Assembly (NCBI GenBank): GCA_958009085.1
Contig: OY253689.1
Location: 186,001-250,000, forward strand
DNA: 64,000 nt
Direction: 5' to 3'
DNA from: Protoeuglena noctilucae
Taxonomy: Eukaryota
Shown one piece after another: positions 1 through 10,466 of the stretch; the first letter of the stretch is position 1; every line of letters starts with the position of its first letter. The position numbers and the translations under genes are program-made. The notes below the pieces were generated by a model, which made no database searches, had not been told where the DNA came from, and was given only the letters and a program-made list of their open reading frames with translations.

Positions 1-3000
1 GCCACGCGGGGCCTTGAGAGAGCCCCGATATAAGCTCCTCGGCCACGGCGGGGTGCAGGGCATCAAAGCCATCCAGGATCACCACAGCGGGGCGGTCCGA
101 TCGCGAAACGACCCCGGTCAGCCCACTGTCGCGCCTGCGAGCATTGGACGTGCCAACAGCGCTCTTGACGAGGTTCTATGGTACAATTACTACATGTTGT
201 CGTGTCATGAAGCAAGAATAGCACCGTGATTGGTCCACCGAGCCCATGCAAGGCAACCAGTGACGAGCTGTCTGCGACGCAGCCATTGGTTGGGTGCACA
301 AACAAAACGTCTCTCTCACCGGTCCGCTGGAAGCGCCCCTGACTCGGGCCCCGCCTCAGCCGCCGCTTCTTGGAAGGAATCTGCCGCCCACCGCGCCTCC
401 ATGGCGTGCAGCGGACCCAGCACCAGCTTCTGCATCGTCTTGCGCATCAGCGCCACGTCTGGCAAGTCCTCCAGGGAGGCCCGGCGCGCCAGGGTCGACC
501 TGCACGACATGGCGAGATGAGGGTGATTTGGTCAGCCTGAGCGTTTTAGAGCCAGAGCGTCACATGAGTCGGCGGCGCCCTCCTTGAACCCACTCGCCCC
601 CACTCACCCCAACAGCGTCTGCCATCTCTCACCCTCATCCCCCGTCACCCACTCACCCCGGCAGTGTCTGCCATCGCTCACCCTCATCCTAGTGACCCAC
701 TCACCCCAGCGGCGCTTCCTTGGCCCACTTGCGCCGAATGGACCCCATGGACGCCGGACCCGACGACCCGTTCCTCTTCCCATTCATCACCACCGCATCC
801 ATCGACCGCCGCGCGGAGCTCTTGGACCGTGATTCCTTTTCCCGGGCCACAGTGGATGGCTCTGGCCCCGCAACCCCCGTCAGCCTTCGCCCGTCCGTCC
901 CCACCCCCCGCGTCTCGTCGATGCTGTCCTGATTCCAGCTGCGGGAGCCACGGTGGGGGCCCGGGGCGGCGTCCTTCTTGTCCCCGCGGGACGAAGCCAG
1001 GCCCTGCGGAGGGTGCGAACATCAGGTATAGGACGGGTGGACAGGTGCTCTTGGTTAGTGGTGACATCCCTTGCGGGAGCATGGTGGGACGGCGGCAGGG
1101 CGACCTTGCAGACGTTATGATATCAACGTCTGGGTCTGTGGCATTGGGACTTCGTGACGAGAGAGCAGGTTGCATCGCAGTGCGCCTCACCAGTGCGCGT
1201 GACACGGACGACAGGCCCCGGATGATGCCCCGCATGAAGCTGCTGCCCTTGCTGGCGGTCGTCTGCGTCAGGCTCAGCTCCCGCGCGCCCTGGAGCACCT
1301 CGGCGCAGACGTCGCGGTCGCGACACGCCAGTTGCAGCGCCAGACGCTCCACGACCGTGCGCCAGTCGGCCCCGCGCCCGGTCGGCGACGACACGGACGC
1401 CAGAATGCGGCCCCCGAAGGCCCCCCGCTGCTCCAAGGAGCTCGCAAGCACGGACTTCCCCGTGCCGGTCCCCGCCAGGTACGCCACCACGCGCGCCGCG
1501 TGGCCCGGCGCGACCTTGGGCCCCACCGCGCTCTCTAGCTCCCGCTCGAGCGCAGCCATGGTGCCGTCCAGCCTCTGCATGGCCACCTGGCACCGCTCCC
1601 CGAAGCCGTCCCCGCACAGCACCCCGTGCAGCTGCCTTAGCTGCGCCATGTGCTTGGACCGTAAGCTGTGGGCGGCCTGCAAGTCACGGGCCCACGTTGT
1701 TTGGTGAACAAAGGCATTCACCAAACATGAAGCCAGGCACGATGAGCTGTGAACAAGCAGCGACGTGTTGACCGCACAGGCAGTGAAAGCCACTCGTCGT
1801 GAAACGCACCCTGACGCGGTCGCGGGCCTCTGGCGTCAGACTGGACGCCGTCCGCGCGTCGACCCCAAACTCGGCAGCCAGGCACGCCAGGAGCTCTCCG
1901 ATCGAGTCCGGCGGCGACAGGCGGTGGCGCGTGTAGATGCGGCAGCACGCCGCGTGCAACGCCAGCAGGGCGGGGGCCGTCACCCCCAATGACGCGTGCC
2001 TGCGCGTGACGGGAAGGGCCAGGGTGGCCGTGACTGGCATATCGCACCGGCGACCATCGAAGCTGTCGATAGAAGCGGCCGCTGCGCCACGCACCAGTCC
2101 GTGAGGTGGGGTATCACGTAGCCGGCCAGGAAGGGCGACCGTGGACCGGTCCCTCGGCTCCCGTAACTGCTCCCGTTCATGGCGGAGGTGCCGGACCCGT
2201 GCGGGGCGGGCGCCGCGGCCGGCTCCGAGGATCGGTGGTCCCCGATGTCGCCCAGCAGGGCGTCGACCTCCCTCACGAGCTCGCCCGCCGCCCCGTCGGA
2301 GAAAACCATCTCCGCGAATCGGACGGAATCGACCGCCTCTGCCTCCCCCACATGTTGAACCCACCACGCCTTGACCTTTGGGGGTAAAAGCGGCAGGGCG
2401 TGCTCCAGCTCCCGTGGCACCAGGACCAGCGGGAGCTGCCCCCCGCCCTCCGCGTCGTTCTCGCCGACGTCCGTCAGTCGCCGCTGACGCTCCTCGTGGA
2501 TTGTTGGCGGCTGCGCATGGGAAAATTTGCTCAATTAGCCCCCGCTATCGGGAAACTCGGGATGAGTCCTCACGGACGCAGCGACTACCTGACCGCGAAA
2601 GTGTTCTTTGCGTCCATTCAGCGAGCCCTGGGGAGCCAGCGAGTTGCCGGACGCGCGCCGCTGCACGCACCGGTGAGGAGTCCCACGGCGCCTCCTGCCC
2701 AAGCGCACTCCGGCTGGTCTGGGTTGCGGGCTTGCGGTTCCCTCCCAAGCGAGAAAAGACAGGTCGTCCGGTGGGTCCCGGTCCCTGCGCAGGTGGCGCA
2801 GACCGGATTTGCGGTCGACACATGGCACACTGCATGGAGCGGCGCGCCCCGGCCCATGCGGCGCCCGCAGGTGGCGGTAATGGGTTTTGAATCGTTAACG
2901 GCTTTAGGTTTTGTGCGCAAGCATCAACGGCAGCCGTGGCAGGAGGCACGCTGCATGCTGGTGCCGTGAATGGCTCACCGGCGCGTGAAGCGGGCGCCCC

Positions 3001-3190
3001 TCGGCGTCTCCCACTTTCGAGGAGGAGCACCCCATCTCGTCCAGCCCCTCCCTCCGGCCGCGGTGGCTTCAGCTGCACATGTAGCACCACCCAAGCACCG
3101 CCTCCAGGTGGGCCACGCTAAGAACGGCAGATAGCCCTCAGCGTGGTGCATGCGTGGTATCAGGCCATCATCGCGGGTCGTGACTATCAT
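1..3190 (-). CDS. NACHT/STAND-like P-loop NTPase, multi-exon, 3' part runs off the window; start uncertain
   Basis: Walker A YLAGTGTGKS at 1452-1472. Walker B-like AVVILDGFDAL at about 56-88 on the minus strand. Exons are linked by GT-AG introns (e.g. donors near 2586 and 2978). The 5' exons and start are tentative. Confidence 0.6.
590..710. repeat. Intronic tandem repeat, ~47-49 bp unit, about 2.5 copies
   Basis: Unit CCACTCACCCC...GTCTGCCATC.CTCACCCTCATCC recurs. On the minus strand each copy carries a GG|GTGAGTGG donor-like site. Confidence 0.75.
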
Positions 3191-3325
3191 GATGGTGGCT
3201 CCTGACCACGCTGGCGGTGGCACTGCTCGGGAACAGCTGTGGCTCGTTCACGTGCGCAGGCCCCTGCAGTTGTTCCACTTCATCAGAGGGAGGCAGCACG
3301 TGAATTCAGTGCGATCTCTTCACGC

Positions 3326-5690
3326 ATGACTCTGGGCAAGGTGGGAGTCGCAGCTGGCTCCACGATTTTCATCACGAAGTCATCTACTCAATGTGACATG
3401 ATCATCTGCACACTCAGGATGGGGACCACCCGCCGTGGGTCGCGGGCGGGGGGCCGGGGGGTCCACGGAAGCCATCTGCGGACGACAGCTCGTCCATCCT
3501 CAAGCGGCAGATGACAGAAATCATGCATACGCGTCCTCTTGATAATAGGTACAAGGATCTTGGGCTTGTGCAGGGCATCCGCGCGCTGCGTGTGCCCTTT
3601 TACTCTGTGACGATCCTTGCCTGGCCTGATGATCGGCGATGCTGCCGCGCAGGGGCTTCGATCCGGCTCAGGTGGCAAAGAAGAGCAAGAGGAAGGTTCT
3701 TGGGACCGGCGCATTCGCCACTGTCTATCGCATGGACTACCGCTGGCCGAATGGCATCGTCCAGCCCATGGCCGTCAAGGTGACGCTGAGATGCGCCCTT
3801 TGCGAATGACAGGGGCTATTCAGCAAGGTGCCGAAGATGACTTCCTAACGTCCTCCGCTCGCTCCCTATATCCCGCGGATTGTGCCGCTCGACCAGCTCG
3901 AATGGAGGCGCTCGTTCACATGGGTCGCAATGTTTTCCCGCAGGTCCTGGAGAAGGGGCTGCTGAACGACGAAGGCAAGGCGCAGGACCTGGCTTACGAA
4001 GCGCGCATCCTCAGCGGCTGCAGTCACTCCTCGATCGTGCAATTCGTCGGCTGGGGCGTGCTTCACCGGGACTCGAGCCACGCTGAGACCATGACGCTCG
4101 AGGGCCTCCTGCAGTCGGACGCGGAGGTCTTTCTCGCGCAGGAGTACGCCGCCGGCGGCACGCTCAAGGTGCGCGGCGGCCCGGCAACGCGCACTGCACC
4201 TGCCCACTGAGCATGCGTAGGAAGGTTGATTTGATCGCGATCCCGCCCGCGCAGGGCGCCATCATGGAGATGATGTCTGGGCAGAGCCGGCGGCGATATG
4301 ACTGGCTGGACGCCGTCAGGTGGTTCTTGGACGTCGCCGAAGGCATGGCGTACTTGCACGGGCGAGACCCCCTGATCATCCATCGCGACCTGAAGCCCGA
4401 GAACATCCTTCTCACGTCGGGGGTGTACCGAGAAGCGCGTGCCAAGCTCGCGGACTTCGGCCTGGCCAAGCTGGTGGTGGTCAAGGGCGGGGACGGACCC
4501 ATGGCAAGGTGACGCGCCATGGTCTGCAGCATCGGCGGGCTCCCCTAGGGAACCCGTTCGCATCTCTTCTCCCGCGTGTGGGTGCCCCAGCGCACAGAGC
4601 GGGGAAGGATGTTTGCGTCCCTTCTCCCGCTTCTGCAGTGGCGCCCCGACCATCGCTGTAACCCACCCTTGCCCTGGGCGCAGGCTACTGGCGGGGGCAG
4701 GAGCCATGGGGAAGGCGTCCAAGCCGTTGAAGCGTTCGGAGTACCTGGGTCTGAAGGAGAATGCCAACAGCAGTGGGCGGGCGCGGTCGGAGTATCGAGC
4801 GTGGCGGGAGCGGCAGGAGTTAACATCGCAGGGGTCCTTTCGGGTCAACGCGCAGCAGAGTGCCGGGCTGGCTCCGATCGTGGAGGGGCTGCCCGTATCG
4901 GGGCTGCCTATGGTGCACGTCACGGACGACGAAGGCGGGGGGCGAAGGGCGCGTGGCGTGCGCGCTGGGCCAGAGGAGAAGGGCGGGGCGGGGGGCGAGG
5001 AAGGCGACCCGGAAGGCAGCTGGCGAGGCCAGGGAGGGGTTCTCGAGAGCCTGGACATCCTGGGCAAGCTCAGCGTCAAGAAGGTGGGCCCTTGCCGAGA
5101 CCGGCCATGGCCGATGTCAGTGCGCGGGAGAGGTGGCCGAGCGTTTGCGGAAAAGGGCGATTTCTCTGTGCGTGCAGAAGCTGCAGATGGCGGCACAGAT
5201 GATGACGGGCAAGACAGGCAGCGCCATGTACATGGTGAGGAAGGGAGGGTGTTTGAGAAGATGCGCCCAGCCGGAGCCATGGGAGGAACCCGCCTGCCGT
5301 TCCCTGGCGCAGGCACCAGAGGTTTTCCTCAACCAAGCTTACAACGAGCGCTCGGACGTCTTTTCCTTCGGCATGATGCTGCTTGAAGCGCTGCGAGGAG
5401 TCCTCAACATCGTATACCTGGATTACGCGGGTGGGCAGATGGCGCAGGCGACGATGGACTACGCGGCGCGCATGGCGAGCGGTTGGAGACCACAAATGCC
5501 CGAGGAGTGGCCCTCGGAGGTCCAGGGGCTGATCACGCGGATGCTTCACAAGGACAGCGCGGAGCGGCCTTCCTTCGAGCAGGTCGGAGACGCGCTCAAC
5601 GGGTTCCTGGTCTCGGGCCTCGTCGAACAGTACGTCAACGAGCGCGCGGCGAAGAGGCATCCGGTTGCTTGCACATGCTCTCTCATGTAG
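3326..5690 (+). CDS. Tyrosine-kinase-like (TKL/Raf-like) Ser/Thr protein kinase with C-terminal CaaX
   Basis: Spliced motifs: LGTGAFATV (~3708), [12 protein letters not shown] (4381), DFG (4453), TGSAMYM|APE, SDVFSFG, RPSF. Ends CTCSLM-stop at 5690. Start inferred as MTLGK|GT intron at 3326. Confidence 0.9.
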
Positions 5691-5694
5691 CGGC

Positions 5695-5753
5695 TGTGCG
5701 CGCTTAAAGTGCAGTGCGCAGTGCGCAGTGCAGTGCGCGCAGTGCGCGCTTAA
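5695..5753. repeat. Short (GTGCA/GTGCGCA)n repeat flanked by direct GTGCGCGCTTAA copies
   Basis: Directly visible immediately after the kinase stop codon. Confidence 0.7.
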
Positions 5754-5967
5754 CGGCCGCTTTGCCGTCAAGAAACCCCTCTGACATCAGGGGCATTTGC
5801 GGCAGCTTTCCGGACTCGTGCCTCGCGTCGCCTTCCACGCTTTTTGTGAAAAGGAAGCAGCGAAGTGGCGCTGAGTTCAGGACATCGTCGGCCGAGACGA
5901 ACGAAACTTCTCTCGCTCATTTCGTTCCACGATGCCGTGGGTGTAGGGTGGGGAGAAGACGACAAGG

Positions 5968-8900
5968 ATGTTGCGCGTACCACGGTGCAGCAGTTACAGG
6001 TGAGAAGCCCCCAGACATGCGCAGGGAAGGCGCTGCGTTCATGGCCTGCGTGATAAACTGCCGCTTGCGGCCTTTGCAGGGTGCTGCGGAGGCGTGTCGT
6101 CTGCTACGGCGGAGCGCTTCTCTTCTCCCTGCTCTGGGCTTGTCACGCGTGGCTGTCGGATGGGTCGAAGGATCGCCTGGGACGCCGCCTTGCGAGCAGC
6201 GGCTCGTGCTCCAACTTCTCGCCCCCCGTCGGTGACGATATGCAGCATGGATATTTAACATGGATATGTCCCTCTCCGCTTCGCCGGCCCGCAAAACCAG
6301 CCGCCCCAGCATGTGGGCCCATGCGTTGAACCCTGGAGGAGCCAGAGCTCTCCTTCCCCCCCACTTGCACTCCTCTCGCGTCGCAGGGGAGTGGGAGCGC
6401 CGAGGCGGAGTCGTGGTGTGGTTTGCAGCGACCATCTACCTCTTCCTCGGCATTGCCATCGTGTGCGACGATTACTTTGTCGCATCCCTTGAGGCCGTCT
6501 CCAGTGCCCTCGGGCTGAGGTGCGCGCCATGCCAAGAATGCTTCGCTGCAAACCCCGGCTTGGCTTCGGGCGTATCATTCCCACATGTACGAGCAGCCGT
6601 CATCGCTCAGTCCAAATGCCCTTGCAGTGAGAATGTTGCGGGTGCCACCTTCATGGCGGCCGGCTCCAGCGCCCCAGAGCTCTTCTCGTCGCTCGTCTCC
6701 CTCGTCAACCCATCCACCGGGGTGAGGATACGCAATCACTGCTGGGGCGCACCGGGCTCATACCCGAACCACGCTGCCGTACCTGCACACCCGTCCCGCT
6801 TGTGATTTCAGAGCGACTTGGGCGTCGGCACGATCGTCGGGTCGGCCATCTTCAACATCTTCGTGATCATCGGTGCCACGGGCGTGTCCACGGGCATGGC
6901 GATGCAGCTGGACTGGCGGCCCATGGTGCGCGACGTGGCCTTTTACACCGTGGCGATCGCTTCCATCATCGGCATCTTCTCGGATGGCAAGGTGAAGGGC
7001 GCGCCGCAATGGTCTGGGACTCCTTGATGTGGTCCAGGGTGCCAGGCGGACACACGAAAGGCGCACGTTGGCATGAGTTGCAGTGGCAGGGCAGGCACAC
7101 CTCGACCTCCTCTGCTGCCATTCTCGCAGATCTATTGGTACGAAGGACTCATCTCCCTCGCTCTGTATGCCGCGTACATCAGTTTCATGAAGGCAAGCAT
7201 CCAACAGGCCGCTTGTTCACGCGCCCGACCCTCAGCAGCAAGCGCGGCCCGCTCACCCCCCCCCCGCGACCCCCCCTGCAGTACAACGAACAGTACATGG
7301 ACTGGTGCGAGCGCCACTTCCCCCGGTGGATGCCCAAGGCCGCCATAGATGCCCCCGCCGCCCACCACGAGAAAGCCACTGCCCTTCCCGCTGGAAAGGG
7401 CGTGCCAGACTTGGCTGGGACGCCCGCCAAGGTGCGTGACGCCGGTAGCAGACCGACAGACGAAGCTGATAAGTGTCTGCAACTGGAACGGCGCAGCACG
7501 ACTGGCGCAGCACGATCCTTGTGTGAACACGCCCCGGTCTTCGGCATGCCTTGCCGAGCCGCTGCCAGTTGCTGTGTTTTATGATGTTCCGAGAGTATCT
7601 GGTTGCAGGTACCCTCTCCTGCCGCGCCCGCCAAGGGCCCGCAAGGGCGCGTGGTGCCAGAGGAGGTGGTGGTGGATGACTCCGTGCAGGGCGGGAACGT
7701 GGCAGCCAGTGGCGGCCAAGACAGGGGCAAGGCGGACGGCGTGGAGCAGGGAGCGCTCGCCGGAGACGGCAGCACGGAGGGGAACGAGGTGCAGCAGCCG
7801 CCCCCTGTGAGGGACTTCAAGCACACGATGACGGGGGGCGCGGCGCGGTGGCAGTTCGTCACACAGGTGAGGGCGAGGGATCGGGGCCGGGCGTGGTGGC
7901 GGTGGGCAAGCTCTTTGTGGTTCTCCGTGTGCTGGGAAGGCTCAGTGGTGATTGCGCATGAGTGACCATTCGCATGTCTTTGCGTGTTTTTCCAGACCAA
8001 GGTGATGAGCGCGTGGAAGAGCGAGAACCGGAGCGGGACGAGGGGCGATGGGGGCAACGGGGAGGGAGCAGTGGGGGGTGGGGAGGGGCCCGAGCCGTCG
8101 GACAAGGGTACGGAGTCCAGGAGGCAAAAGGAACGAATCCTGACGGTGAACGAGAACCGGTTCGCCAGCGCCATCACTGCCATGGTCCAGGCGAGAGGCG
8201 CGATGGGGAGCGCACAGCGAGTGTAACACACTGCTCCATGTACGGAGAGGGCACCTCTCCACGCCGAGTGAGAGCGGTCAAGGAAAGGCCGCATGCCACC
8301 GCTATGTTGATCCACACCAAGCGACAGCGACGCTGCAGCGCCTTGCACCGTCCACGCCGTCCACTCTGCAGCCACCGGCAGCCACTCCGCTGCATCTCCC
8401 AGGCCCGCTTTTGCGCTTTCTCTCCCCCGCAGGCCCAGAAGGCCGCCAAGCGTCGCAACCTGACCAAGGGGCAGGTCCGGGCGCTGGCGTTGCAGATGCA
8501 GCACCCGCGCAAAGCAACGACCCTCGAGCGCGGGGAGGGTGGCAGGGGCGACGTGGAGGCAGGAAATCTCCCGCGGCAGACGATGGGTACCGGGGCGGCA
8601 GGTTCCGAGGCGGAGGGTGGTGACGACGATGATGACGAGGGTAGCCTCTTCTTGCCCCCCAAGGCAGTGGCTGACTGGCCCGTGTGGCTGCTGTCGCTGC
8701 CATGGTACGCCATGCTGACCGTCACGATCCCGGACTGCTCGACGCCTCGGTGGAGCAAGTGAGGGCATGCGAGAGGGCGGTGGGGCTGGCGAGGCGCATA
8801 CAAGGCATACCCCTGTCACGTCTTCGTCTGCCACCTCCGTCACGTCTCCATGCTTTCCTTCTTCTTTTCTGGCCGAGTTGATCTGCCTGCCTGTTTCGGG

Positions 8901-9870
8901 AATCAATAAACTTCCCGCAATTTCCCTACCAATCACAGCGGTCTCGCACGTTGCAGTGTGAACAGCCCATCGCCCACGCATGCTCTGATGCTCTATCTCA
9001 CTCGCAGGTGGTACTTGCTCACGTTCACCATGTCCATCTGCTGGATTGGCGCCATCTCCTGGTTCATGGTGGAGTGGTGCGGGCGCATCGGGTGCATCCT
9101 CAAGATCCCAGACATCGTCATGGGCGTAACGGTGCTCGCCATGGGCACCTCCGTGCCAGGTGAGACTAATCAGTGCTTGTGCTGGGTTACCTGGGACCTC
9201 ACCTATCCCTCCACCCACCAAATTCATGCACCCACACCCCTCACCCTTCCCTCCACCCACGCCACTCACTCTCCCTCTGCATCCCTCACCCATCCCTCCA
9301 CCCACCAAGCTCACAAACCCTCCATCGCCCTAATTCCACCCAGACCTCCTCTCTTCCATGATCGTGGCCAAGCAAGGCATGGGCGACATGGCCGTGGCCA
9401 ACGCCGTCGGAAGCAACGTCTTCGACATTTGGATAGGCCTTGGCGCGCCCTGGTTCTTCGTCCTGGTCGCCAAGCAAGAGGTCAACCATCTGGCCGACAA
9501 GGACCAGCTGTGGTGGAACGTGTTGATTCTCTTCGGGTCTCTGGCCTTCTACATGATATACGTGGCAGTGGATAAGTTCCGACTGCGCCCCAGCACCGGA
9601 TACGTCTTCCTCAGCATGTACGTCCTCTACGCGCTGTACGAGGTAAGGCAGCACGCAGTTACTGAAACAGAATACACAAGTCCATGTTTGACGCAGACGA
9701 GCGTGAACCGTCACATCTCATGTCTCAGTCCCACGCATCATCTCCCTTTCTTGATGTGGCACTGTTAGGTTCTAGCGACTTCTCTTCATGTCGTCTTTCT
9801 GCAGATCGTGCTTGTGTGGGTGCTGGACATCTATGGCCAGGGCGTGTCCCCCATCAAGGGGCGACACTAG
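5968..9870 (+). CDS. K+-dependent Na+/Ca2+ exchanger (SLC24/NCKX family)
   Basis: Alpha-1 repeat VCDDYF...VAGATFMAAGSSAPELF, GTIVGSAIFN. Alpha-2 repeat MGVTVLAMGTSVP, GDMAVANAVGSNVFDI. Long cytosolic loop, about 13 introns. Ends SPIKGRH-TAG. Confidence 0.92.
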
Positions 9871-10466
9871 GAGAGGTGTCGCAAAGACGTGCGCTGTGCG
9901 AGGGCAGGGAGCATGTAGGGAGACCCAGCGTTTCAGATCCAGTGTTTGGCGGAGGGCGACGGCGGCCGCCGCTCCGCCGCGGCTCTACAGCAGATGCGAA
10001 GGCGTGGCAGTGCTCGCGTAGATGCCGTGATGGTTGTGTTGTGTTATGGTGATCGTTGCATGACCTTGCCATGCCCACCCACTAGCAGTCGTTGCGTTGG
10101 AGCTGCCATGCAGCTCTTGTACAGACTTCCTCAGCTGTTGCGTGCCAGTTAGGACCCCCAACAGCTCTGCTCCCGAGCGTGTCCCCCACTGCTCGCTTAG
10201 GTCCATCGTGATACGATCACTGCGGCACCCCTCGTTCAAAGGCCTGTTACCGCCGCGCAGCAAAGACCGAACGCATGGCGACCTAGACGGACGTCGCGAG
10301 CTCATCGACGATTACACCAGCAGTCCTGCAATCATCTCAGACCGCTGGCGGCACAAACACCCGGCGCGTTCACGCAAGCTGTCACGCAAGCAGACACACA
10401 CCCTGCCTCGACTCTCTGTACAAACTATCCTGTCTCTCAGTGCAGATCCTGTCCTGGTGAGACGTG

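Noticed and set aside
9200..9340. C/A-rich intronic repeats (also 28670-28750 and 29520-29680)
   Set aside because: Low-complexity intron filler with no terminal repeats or other evidence of mobility.
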